Source: Thalia democratica (Eukaryota). From it: a stretch of 64,000 nt of DNA. A program made the position numbers and the translations under genes. The notes beneath the pieces are model-generated. The model had not been told where the DNA came from and did not search any database. It saw only the letters and a program-made list of their open reading frames with translations. Within the stretch, counting starts at the first letter, position 1. Each line of letters begins with the position of its first letter. Location: assembly GCA_965202585.1 (NCBI GenBank), contig OZ241832.1:45012001-45076000 (forward strand), written 5' to 3'. Positions 1-11,169 of this stretch are shown here, one piece after another.

Positions 1-1219
1 GTCTTTTTTGTGTTGATCCTCCAAAAATTTTTTTAACACGGACTAGAAATTAATTATTTATAGAAAAGTTAGCTTACTAATAAAGACTGCTGACCCCTGT
101 ATAATTTTTTTAACTTCCTGAGAATAATTTTTTATGGACTGATAAAATACTGAAATTCGAAAATTTTAGAAAAAATAACTTGAGTTAAAGCAATAAGAAA
201 TAAAAAAGCTTTAAACGAATTTTACTAATTAAACTATAAAATTTTGTTATATACAAAAAATCTATTCATATAAACTAATCTAATTTGTATTATTTAAAAT
301 TTTATTTACTATAAAACATATTCAGTGTAGTATTACAGTATCTATTTAATATTTTTATAAATTGTTTAACTATTTAAAATTATAAATTTGCGCGTTTGTT
401 AACAAATATCGTAGCGAAACAAGTTCACTAGAATTTATAAAAATAAATAATTAATCCGTTAACACACAAAACATTTGTTTGTGTAATAAAGAAAGGATCT
501 GTACAACTTGTTATTGTTATTATATATTATTAAGACATTTTTTAATCTTAAATTTCTTTGTATACCAAAAATTGAGAAAAAAAATCAAACTTTCAAAAGC
601 GAGTCGAAATTCTAAAAATCTTGAGAAAAAAAGAAAAACACAATTAAATGACACATTAAAGAACATGAATGGAAGAAAAAGATGTGAAGTACAGAACAAA
701 TGAGTTGAAAGAAACTAATTTAAAGTATTAAAAAGATTTAATATTACGTTATGAAATAGTTAATTTCAAACTTATCTTAATAAATTTTTTGTTAAGTGCT
801 AATAATGGCTTAATACCAATACTTTAATTGCATTTAAATAAAATAAACTCTAATATGCTTTTTTAAATTGTTTAATATAAGGTAAATTTTTATAAACAGT
901 ACAAGTAGTAAAGTGTTCATAAAAAATTACTTAGTTGTCGTTAATTTTTTAAGGCTTATATTCTAATCTATTTTATACTAGTTTCACTTTATTTTATTCT
1001 TCTCAATAAGTTTTAGTAGTTTTAAAAACCAAGTAACAAATTTAAAGGTTTATCAGAATACAAAAAAAAGTAACCGTTTAAAAACATTAGTAGTTGATAA
1101 TATAATAATATATTAAACTACCTTCTGTAAGCAAAAGCATGTTAAACTTATTGACACGCCGTGCAATGACTTTTAAAAGTTTTAAAATAATTAAAAAAAA
1201 ATCTTCTTTTTACCAACCT

Positions 1220-1542
1220 AAGTGTTGCAGCAAAGTCAGGAAATTTAGGAAAAACCTAAATAAAAAACACAATATCAGGAAAAAATTAATGAAAAATCAG
1301 GAAATTTGATATAAGTATGCTTTTAATAAGAAAGTTTATCATCTTTAAAAATTTAATTTTGTAAATGTTATATCTAAAAAACTTTTCTTTCGCAACTCTA
1401 ACTTTATCAGGGTCTTATTGAATTTTATGAATTACTTAAAAGTCTTTCAAAACTTTGATTATGTAATTTTGAATCGGTTTTTAATAAGAATTTGATTTAG
1501 AAAAGTCTATAAATTTTTTCAGCTCTATCTGTGGCAACCCTG
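1220..1542. mobile_element. hAT-type MITE (CAGGGTTGCCAC-type terminus)
   Basis: Right end GTGGCAACCCTG and a degenerate left end (AAGTGTTGCAGC); near-identical 8-bp flanks CAACCTAA/CAACCTGA; repeated TCAGG subterminal motifs. Confidence 0.5.
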
Positions 1543-2232
1543 CAACCTGATCTGATACAACGCTTATAGGTAGAACTAAAATAGTTAAGAAACAAAAACT
1601 GTTATTCTTTTTAATGTAATTTAGCTGAAAAATTCTATGAATTTCAACCTTTTTGTCAGACTTATTTTTAACTCTTATAAAATATTTTAGTTGTTTCTTT
1701 TTTATAAAGTACGGTAAAAATTATTGAAAAAAAATTTATAATACTAATTTCGAATAAAACACAAAAATGTCGAAAATATTTTGTTAAAAAAGTTTTATAA
1801 AATGGATAACAGAATAATTTGAAGAATAATAATAAAACATTGAATTTTATAATTGAAGTAAAATCTGTTTGAGAAAAGTTTCGTTAAACTAATATTCAGC
1901 TATTTTACAACATTTAACCTTGTTTATACCTTTATTTGTACATAAAATATGTTTTTATTTACAAATTAAGCTATTATATGGTATTTCTAGTCTACTGCTA
2001 AGCATGTTTATTTTTTTTCTCTAATAGTTTTTATTCTTTCAAAAAAAGTTAAGCTATAAAGGGTCGAATTTAATGGTACGGTTTTTTATGGATACCAGAA
2101 AGTTTGTTTATGCAGTTAGTAACACCACAAATAAATCTCCTAATGAATAAATTCAAATATTACCAACCTTGTTGTAAGTATTGTCTGCTTGTTCACCGAG
2201 AGAATAAAAATTAAGATAGTTTACTGAAGCGT

Positions 2233-2482
2233 TTAAATTCGCGAAGGGAATGCCCCGGAGTGGTGGTCACATTAGTGGCCATGCTAAATCGCGGTGAAGG
2301 TTTTCCAGAAGGAAGCTTAGCTACATCCAGACTGGAGGGGGGTTTGTAATTAGGGTCCATGTTAGATATAGCTTTGAGTCTAACATAATTTCAATTAACA
2401 AATAAAACCAAGACAAGTAACAATGTTATACAACGAATTTATTCAGCTTTAAAACCAATACAAATAAATACAAATCTAGAAA
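2233..2482 (-). repeat. 3' LTR (5'-truncated) of Gypsy element 1
   Basis: Homologous to 6984-7241; abuts a truncated integrase core. Confidence 0.8.
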
Positions 2483-3367
2483 ACGACATGGCGATGATCT
2501 AACCCCAACCGATTAAAAGCCTATTTTAATAATTTATTTGCCAATTTCTTCCCGTTATCACTTACCACTTTTTGGGGAACACCAAAATACCTCCACTAAG
2601 ACTGTTTAATAGCGTTTTTAATCGTCTGCTTTTTTATCAGGGACAGGTGCTGTTACTTCGAACCCAGTTCCTCTGTCTTTTAAAGTAAGCACGTACTTAT
2701 GGCCTGCTGAAGCTAAATCTAATGGCCCTACAAGATCTATGTGTAAAAACTGGAATCTTTTAGTCCTGTTTGGGTAAAAACCAGTTTTTGGCTTGTTGTG
2801 CCTAGGTACTTTTACTGCTTGAAATTTTATGCACGACCTTACCAAATGTTCTACATCCTCTTTTAGAGAAGGCCACCAATAATATTTTGAGACAGCAAGT
2901 ATAAATTTATCTTTACCTAAATGTAGCACCTGGTGAGCCGCATAAATGCCATAAGTCGAAGTTGGTCTGGTAAGATAACCCGCTTATTTTTCTCAACGAT
3001 TGCCAGATTTTCAGGGTGAATATACTCGACATTATTTTTGAGTTTCAACGCGTTGTCTAGTAGGCCAGGATTCTTCTCTTGGAGTGTCGCAATCTCTCTT
3101 TTGTTTAAGAAGTCAGGACCTAGACACTTTGGTTCGTCATTAGTTGATGTATCTTCGGCTTCGCTGGTTACAGAGTTAGTATCTATGGGTTAACTATAAT
3201 CAGTGTCGTACCCTCTACTCCTTATGTGCATGGAGGATGGTGGTCTACTAAGAGTATCTGCAACTTTATTGTTGACCTAAGATATGTGTTCAATTTTTGC
3301 GTTAAATTCTTTTATCAATATTATGTAACGTTGCTCCATAGGTTATTGGTTTTTATTGTGTTTAAAA

Positions 3368-3788
3368 TGGGAACTTGTCAAAACTGCATGAAGACAAATT
3401 TGCACGAGGGCACAAAATTGCACATGGGAACAAAATTGTACGAAGACAACTTTTAACTAAGGATCAATTTTTCACAAGTTACATTTTTGCACGAGAGTAA
3501 AAAAATATTAAAAAAACAGAAAAATAAATTAAAAGATTAATTGAAAAATAATTAAAAGAAAAAAAAGTTACTGACCGAGGGTAAGGGTTAAGGGTAACAG
3601 TGATAGTAAAAAAAGAAAAATACAAGTCGTTCAAAAAAGTCTCTGTGCAAAATTTTCTGCTCGTGCAAAAGTGTCTTCGTACAAAACTGACCCATCGTGC
3701 AATTTTATCCCCTCGTGCAAAAGTATCTTCGTGCAATTTTGTGCGCTCGTGCAATTTTGTACACTCGTGCAAATTTGACAGCTACCCG
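3368..3788. mobile_element. MITE with TGCACGAG subterminal arrays, inserted in the Gypsy RNase H
   Basis: Degenerate TIR (C/T)GGGTAGCTGTCAAATTTGCACGAG; flanks TTTAAAA/TTTGAAA; RNase H reading continues across it. Confidence 0.8.
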
Positions 3789-6700
3789 TTTGAAATAGCC
3801 CCTACCAGTACCTTGTTATCTGAACTGAATGATAAGTTTCTCCCAATTATTCTGTACTTGAAGTGTTTTAAGCTCAAATAAAGTTCGCGAAGCTCTTTAT
3901 AAAATGGCAATCGGACGGTTTTAAGGGGTGGTATTTTTTTTTTAATTCCAAAGGACGCATTTCCGCTTCCTCACCCTTTTTTCAAAGACAGCACGCACAT
4001 GCGTATTTGACGCATCTGTGGTCAATATTAGAGGCCTGTCCTGATCTTCTAAATATTGTGTCACGACGTTGGCAAATGTGGCCATAGTTTCATTATACGC
4101 CTAAATTTGAGCTGTGTTAAGAACTTATTTTTTTATTAATAGATTTAGGTCCCCCTGAAATTTCATTTAAAGGGTAAATTTTTATTTCAGCTAAATTTGA
4201 CACAAATCTGTGATAGAAATAAAACATGCCTATGAAACGTTTCAATTATTCCTTAAATTGGGCAGTGGGAAGTCTCTAATAACCTGTACTTTTTTTTCTT
4301 GTATTTTTATCCCTTCAATCTCAACATTATGTCCTAGGAACTCTACCTAAGATCGTGCAAAAACATTTTTCTCTGTATACAGGCACAGTCCATTTAAAGA
4401 AATGACTTTTAAGACCCGCTTTAGGTGATGAAGATGTTCTTGCCATATTTTAGAAAATATTAATATATCATCAACATATATGTAGGTGTACCCTTTACAA
4501 TCAATAAACATGTCATCCATCATTTGTCGAAAACGGGTTGAGGCATTCTTCAAGCCAAACGTACAACGCCTTGGAATAAAGACTGCTCTATGAGTAATAA
4601 TAGCTGCTAATTTTTGAGACTATTCCTCAATAGGGAGGTTGTAATATACTTCCTTTAGGTCAAAGGTGCTGAAGAACTTGGTTCCACCTGCAATTATTTC
4701 AAACAATTCATTAATCCGAGGTAGTGGATAAGATAATGGGCGAATGTGTTTGTTCAAACTTGTATAATCAACTATACCCGAATATATTAACCAACTATAC
4801 CGAAATAATATTTGTCTTTCTTAGGTACACATGTCACAGGCGAGGCTCCAGCAGTAGCGCTTCCTCGTACTACCGCACCTCTATTTAACAGACTAGAAAA
4901 ATGTTGACTTATTACCTCTCTTGTACCGTTGCATCTCCGAGCTTTAGTCATTTTTAGTTTGTATTTGTACTGAATGATACCCAGAAAATGATTGTGTTTG
5001 GGTGGCAAATTATGATCTGGCTCTGTGGTGACTTCAGGTAGTTTTTTCAATAGTTTTTCACATTCTTCTTCCAAGCTACAGTAAGATTGTTCCATGTTTT
5101 CAATTTTGTTAACATATATGACTAACTGCGCGGGTAATTCTGATGGTTTAAAAAGTTTGGTTACATTATTAGATGTTAAAGACTTTATTTCTGATGTTGA
5201 AAGGTTAATTGGTAATTTGCTAAAATATCTTAACCAATAATGCCATAGTTTATATGTTCTTTAGTAACCTAAAACTCGTGTTTAATAGGTTCCAACTGTC
5301 CAAGTCACTTAATGTCAAGTATACTTACTGTACCTAAGGGATGTATAACATCCTTGTCTCCTATCCCTTGAATTACTTTACTTTTACAGGGAAAGTATCT
5401 ATTAATTCGATTGATAAGGGACTGTAGAATTAGTGATATTTCACTACCCGAATCTAATAAAAAGCAAATATTGCTTTTTGAATCTACTACAAATTGAAGA
5501 CCTTGAGATAAAGTATTTGTATATATTGCCAATTGTTTCTTTATTTTAAAAATCCATCGTTTCTCCTTAATTACATTGCTGTAACCAGTGACACTGCTCG
5601 TGGGACCTGAACTTTTAATGTAACATTGATGTAGGGTAGCTTTGTGGTTTCCTAATCTGGCATCAGGTTTTCCTACTAACTATTTTTTTAGTCTTAGTTT
5701 CAAAAGTATGTGTTTGAGTGGATTTTATAAATGAGTATTGGTTGAAACTAATTTATTGAGAGGTTTACCACTCCCATCCTTTCTGCCTCTCATTTCGAAC
5801 AGGATGGGTCGACCTTTTTTTTGGCTTATAGGGTTCAAATGTACCAGCCATGTTACAATTCTTAAGCCGATCATCATTAAACGTTCTTTCTTTCCAGCTT
5901 TGATGTGTTGGGAAGATTTTTCGATTCTATGAATTATCCAAAGTTTTATAGAATTTACCATCATTGCTGAATTTATGGTAATTAACATTGCTACTATTAT
6001 CCTTTACATTAGCCTGATGCATTCTATGTTCATATTCATGATTTTGGGTATCTGTTTGATAATGCATGTATTGATTATTTTTTTGCAAAGAAAACCTTTG
6101 AAATGTTTGTTGGGGCTTCTCCAATAGTTCAGATTATTACCCTCATCCCTCTCTTGCTGTTGTTTTACATCACAGGTATTTTTACAGCTGATCTTAAATT
6201 TTCGACATCTAGGCACAATTTTCTTTTCATTCTGGTTTTTAACTCTTTTTGGGCTAAATGTAAATAAAGGAACTTAGTTCGGTTAATAACTTTTTTGGGC
6301 TCGTTCTCTAATTCTTTTACCTCAATTTCTAATGTTAGACCACTTACTGTTGTCCATTCTGGTTTAAGCCTATAAACTCTTCGAAAATGACTATGAATGA
6401 ATAGTAAAAACTCTTTTAAAGATTTATAAGATTTATTTTACCCTCAGTTATAGCCCAATAGTTTTTGATGTCTTTTGCAGGCCATACTGCCGTTAATATC
6501 TTATACTTGTCATTTGTGTTGTGAATGTCGTTAACATTACATGACTCTTCAAAAAAATGGAGCTCGTCTCTTGGTTAATTTGTTTCGTCTACTTTCAAAT
6601 TGTTCTTTAGCTCAGCAACTTTCTGATTTATATAATACTTGCGTGAGTTTATATGCCTATAAATTGGTGGACATTCAAAATTAAAAGTGTTTGACGAGTT

Positions 6701-6983
6701 ACTACTCGAGTTACTACTAAACATATTCTTAATTTCTAATTCTATGTTACTGATTTCACTATTAAGTGTATCTAATATAGTCCGTTGCTTTATTAAATAT
6801 TTAAGATGCCTTTGTTTGAATTCATTGTCATGTTGAATTGCAGACATTCAGTTTTTTGGCACTTCTTTATAAATATTTTCTGAAACAGGCTTTCCAGACT
6901 GACCCAAATTTAACTCATCTAGACCCTTAACTTCTTCTTGACTGTCAACAAAGCTCAGCTCTTTGTGTTGGTCGAGGACGCCA

Positions 6984-7241
6984 TTAAATTTGCGAAGGTG
7001 TAGTAGTCATGGACCCGGAGTGGTGGTCACATTAGTGGACATGCTAAACCGTGGTGAAGGTTTTCTAGAAGGTAGCTTAGCTACATCCAGACTGGAGAGG
7101 GTTTATAATTAGGGTCCATGTTAGATATAGCTTTGAGTCTAACACAATTTCAATCAATAAATAAAATCGAGACAAGCAACAATTTTAAATCACGAATTTA
7201 TTCTGCTTTAAAACCAATACAAATAAATAAAAATCTAGAAA
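6984..7241 (-). repeat. 5' LTR (shared part) of Gypsy element 1
   Basis: Homologous to 2233-2482; followed on the minus strand by TGGCGTCC (6983-6976), a PBS-like match to a tRNA-Asn 3' end. Confidence 0.8.
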
Positions 7242-7339
7242 TTGGAAAACTAGTCAAATATAAAACTTAGCAGTATAATATTTCAAACTAATATAAGCCC
7301 TAATTGAATTGCATATATCAGCAGTTAAAAACATTATTT

Positions 7340-7690
7340 TATTTCAAACTGGAAACAAACTGTTAGGTTCCAATTCAAATACTCAGAGTCAAATATACAA
7401 CTTATGTTCCAATTAAACAGTAAATTCAAATACAAACCAGTTATAATTGAACTGAATCAACTACTCGAAGCCAAATACAGAACTTGTGTACCAATAAGCA
7501 GTAAATTTGAATACAAACCAGCTACAAATGAACTGCTTCAACTACTCAAAGCCAAATACAGAACTTGTATTCCAATAAGCAGTAAGTTCCAACACAAATT
7601 AGCTATAAATGAACTACTTCAACTGCTCAAAGATAAGTATACAACCTGTGGACCAATTAAGCAGTGAAATAACTGCAAGCCAGTTATAAA
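7340..7690. repeat. ~81-bp tandem repeat, ~4 units
   Basis: CCAAT(A/T)A anchors at 7409, 7491, 7572, 7653; produces the 27-aa repeat in ORF 7404..7667. Confidence 0.85.
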
Positions 7691-9049
7691 AAATATTTTA
7701 TCTAACTTATATTACATCAGGAACAATGCATTTTACAATTATTTACAAGTGACTTGCAACTCGCAAGTTTATTGATTAATGATTGGCCGTTTAGTTTCAT
7801 GTTGATTTTCAAGAAACTACTTATTATTAGGGATGCATTTCCAATGCATAACAGCATATTACGATATATAGCCGAGCGCGGCTTGAAATAAGGAGTTTAA
7901 TACATATTCATACGTAGAGTTTTATCGCTAACCGGGGGTCTACTTATACAATGTTAGGGGCCTGGTTTATAACGCAACGTGTGCTTTAACTTGTATAATA
8001 GATGTCTCCAAGATAACGAGTAAACTATAGTTGCTAAATAAACTAATATGATTTACTTACTATTTACTAAAGGTTTAATTAATAAATTACTTACACTAAT
8101 GTTAAACGTAATTCGAGTCTGTGGTAATGAGTTATATTTACAATGAAATTGCGAAATTAAGGTAAGAAAATACTATACAACATAAAGCCAATAAACCTAA
8201 TTATCAATTCTTTTAAAAGACTAAAAAACATGAATCAAAGAAGCTTAAAACAAAGTGTTCGTTTAAATTAAACTTATAAAGCTATCTAAATTCGATAAAC
8301 AAGATTAAAACCATTCATAAGCTAAGTACAGCGAAAAGCCGCGATAGCTTAAACAGCTCACTGCGAGACAGTAAAACTCTAAAAGCCTAGATCATGCGTA
8401 GCGTTGAGTTTTTATACAAATATGCTCTCTCGAAAAGGAGGAAATGCCAATAGCATTAAAGCTTTAAAACCTTCGTAGAGTTATTTTGAGTAGAATTTTA
8501 AAACGTAGTTAAAAGTCGCAGTTTTTTGTTTAAAGCGAGTGCGCTTTGAATTTGCAATTTCATTCACTTTTTCTTTTGCTATTTGCTGACTGTCATTGAT
8601 GACAAGAATAGTTATAATTAGTTTGCAATTAAAGCAAACGCTCTTTTGTTTTAGGAGGCACTCTTTTGTTAACAAATAATCTATTATCTATAGTGTGATT
8701 GGCTTATTTTTTAGTTTCAGTTTTTGATTTGACTTCACCCCGAAATTTATTATGACGCTTCTTTCTTTTTACACGTTGTTTACTTGAAGACTTTTTCTTG
8801 GCCGATGCACTAGTATGTAGTGTGGCTCAAACCTTTTTTCGAGCATATCCGTTGGTCTTGTTGCCCCAAATCAGGTTTGAAACCCTAAGCCGAGATTCGT
8901 TTAACTTTTAGGACGGGCAAAATGTTTTGAAAGTTGTTGTAAAGAAGCTCTTTTTTGGTAATACTATGATTATCTAGATTATAACTATTCAAAAATATAA
9001 ATTCAAGCGTTTTTTAACAAAAGATCCTAGCGAAACAAGTTCACTGGAA

Positions 9050-10620
9050 TATATAGTAATTATAAATTATACAGAAACCTTTTTTTATTACACTATTATA
9101 TGTTTCGGTTTTTTAATAGACTAACAAACTTCAACGGAGCTCTGTAAAAAAATAAATACTGCAAGAAAAGAATAGAAGCTTAAATAGGTATATACATATG
9201 TCCATTAAAAATAGAAATAATTGCTGTAGATTTTATAGGTCAATGGTTAATAATAGATAAAATACGTAATGTTAAATCCGACTGTTATAAAACTAAATAA
9301 TATTTGTAATTATTAAGTCTAAATTAGATAAATTAAAGTAAAAATACAAAATAAAATAATAAATCATAATATAAACTACTTACATTAAACCAATGTGGTT
9401 ATATGCTAGGTATTGACCTGCAGTAAAAAGATCTCTAGACGTTCTATTGGGCGTAGTAAAATTTTATTTTATTTTGTTCTCAAACTAAAACTTTTTCATA
9501 CTTTTTATGTGTTAAGTTCCAATTTTAATTGGAAACCTGTATTCAAGTCACAGACAAACCGTGTTTTTTTACCTACTACGCCCAATAGAACGGCTAGAGG
9601 TCTTTTTACTGCAGGTTTATACTTAGCATATAACCACCTTGTTGTTTTATGTTTTACATTTTAACTTTCATATTAAAAACAAGCCCGTAATTTATTACAT
9701 AGTTTAATCATTAAATACTTAAAACATCTGTAAAAGATCCTTAATTAGACACCCAACTGCTCTTTTCTAAAACAATAATTAGTTATTTTATTAATTGTAT
9801 AATATGTATGTAGTTTAAGTCATGGTGGTTTTAAGTATGGCGCTGTAACTTAATTATTGGTCAGGGCTTTGAAAGGTTAACAACAAGTTTGATTTTTGTG
9901 CTTTGTTTTTAAAACATTTTATATTTAGATATAATTTCTTTTTAATTGTATCTAATTTAATTTTGCTATAATTTAGATTAAACCATAATAAAAATTTAAT
10001 AAAAGTATATAATATACCAAGATTTTATAGCTTTTATTACCTTTATTATTGTTTAACTTATTAATCGAATAATTAATGTTTGTTGTTTTACCTTTTTACT
10101 CACAATAGATTACATATTGCCTTTTTTAAATTAAAGCGCTCTACTAATTTTTCCAAACATAAAATATAACTTATCTAACATTGTAGTATAAGTTAAATAG
10201 CTTGTCCTAATGTCTATATATAACAGCTTAATATTGTAACGTAATTATTAAATATTTTTTGAATGATTAGTAATTCCTTGGTTTCATGTAAGTAGTTTAT
10301 AATATGATTTGTTATTTTATTTTGTATTTTTACTTTAATTTATCTAATTTAGACTTAGCAATTACAAACATTATATAGTTTTATAACAGTTGGGTTTAAT
10401 ATTACGTATTTTATCTATTATTAACCATTAACCTATAAAATATATAAAAATTATTTTTATTTTTAATAGACTCATGTATACACCTACTTTGGCTTCTATT
10501 CTTTTCTTACAGTATTTATTTTTTTACAGAGCTCCGTTTAAGTTTGTTAATCCGTTAACACACAGAAATATGTGTAAGTGTAATAAAGAAGGATACTGTA
10601 TAGTTTGTTATTATTATCTA
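9050..10620. repeat. Fold-back element: long inverted arms, right arm split by a 634-bp insert
   Basis: 9397-9458 is inverted at 9574-9635; ~9050-9393 is inverted at ~10278-10620; the insert 9642-10275 is flanked by CCTTG. Confidence 0.8.
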
Positions 10621-11070
10621 GATTATATCAATATAACATCAAAACTGTTTAAATTATATATCATTTTAAATGAATTACATGGTATAAGCAGGTATTTTAA
10701 TTTTCTGCACTAGATAGGCTAACCCTGTTAGACTAATTTAGTCTGTTATACTACTAAAATTAAACTTGTAAACTCTAAATTATTTGTAATTAGCTTTGAA
10801 AAACCATTAATTAAATAAGCTATTTTTAAAAAATATACAAAACATCAAACAAGACTTATTAAATTAAAAAATATTTGGTTGTCTACTAAAATCTGTTGAC
10901 TTTTTAATTGTTGGCCTTTTTTTTTTGAGTGAAATAAAGATAAAATTACTGTTTTTAAAATAATGCAGCAAAATAAACAAAACAAAAAACAACACATCAA
11001 ATCTTAGCGATTAAAAAGAATAGAAAAAGTGTATATAAACATACAACATAAATATTTTTAGTTGAATTGT

Positions 11071-11169
11071 CTAGCTAAAGTATTTTTCAAAATCCAAGGT
11101 CTTTAGTTTTTCATATTCTTTGATTGCTTTCAAATTGTTTGGGTCTAGCTCGACAGCTTTTTTCAAGTG
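11071..11169 (-). CDS. TMTC-like terminal exon 18 (TPR helix B)
   Basis: tatttag| acceptor; HLKKAVELDPNNLKAIKEYEKLK...FS*; joins exon 17 (WKENLI) in TPR register. Confidence 0.8.
   Translation of the reverse strand, partial: HLKKAVELDPNNLKAIKEYEKLKTLDFEKYFS

Larger units (their letters stand above)
2233..7241 (-). mobile_element. Decayed Ty3/Gypsy LTR retrotransposon (gag-PR-RT-RH-INT)
   Basis: Direct repeats 2233-2482 and 6984-7241. Protease LDSGSEI (5305-5532), RT YVDD (4347-4553), RNase H TDAS (~4015) and VADTLSRP (~3250), integrase Zn-finger and HIDLVGP...FGVPQKVVSDNG (2490-2960). Many stops and frameshifts. Confidence 0.92.

Noticed and set aside
479-703. Short AT-rich ORFs (479..703, 29669..29860, 37925..38107, 47299..47532, 62176..62373)
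   Set aside because: They are low-complexity chance frames with no motifs and no splice-consistent context.
3226-3881. ORFs 3226..3456, 3479..3772 and 3600..3881
   Set aside because: They are artefacts of MITE subterminal repeats and of antisense Gypsy sequence.
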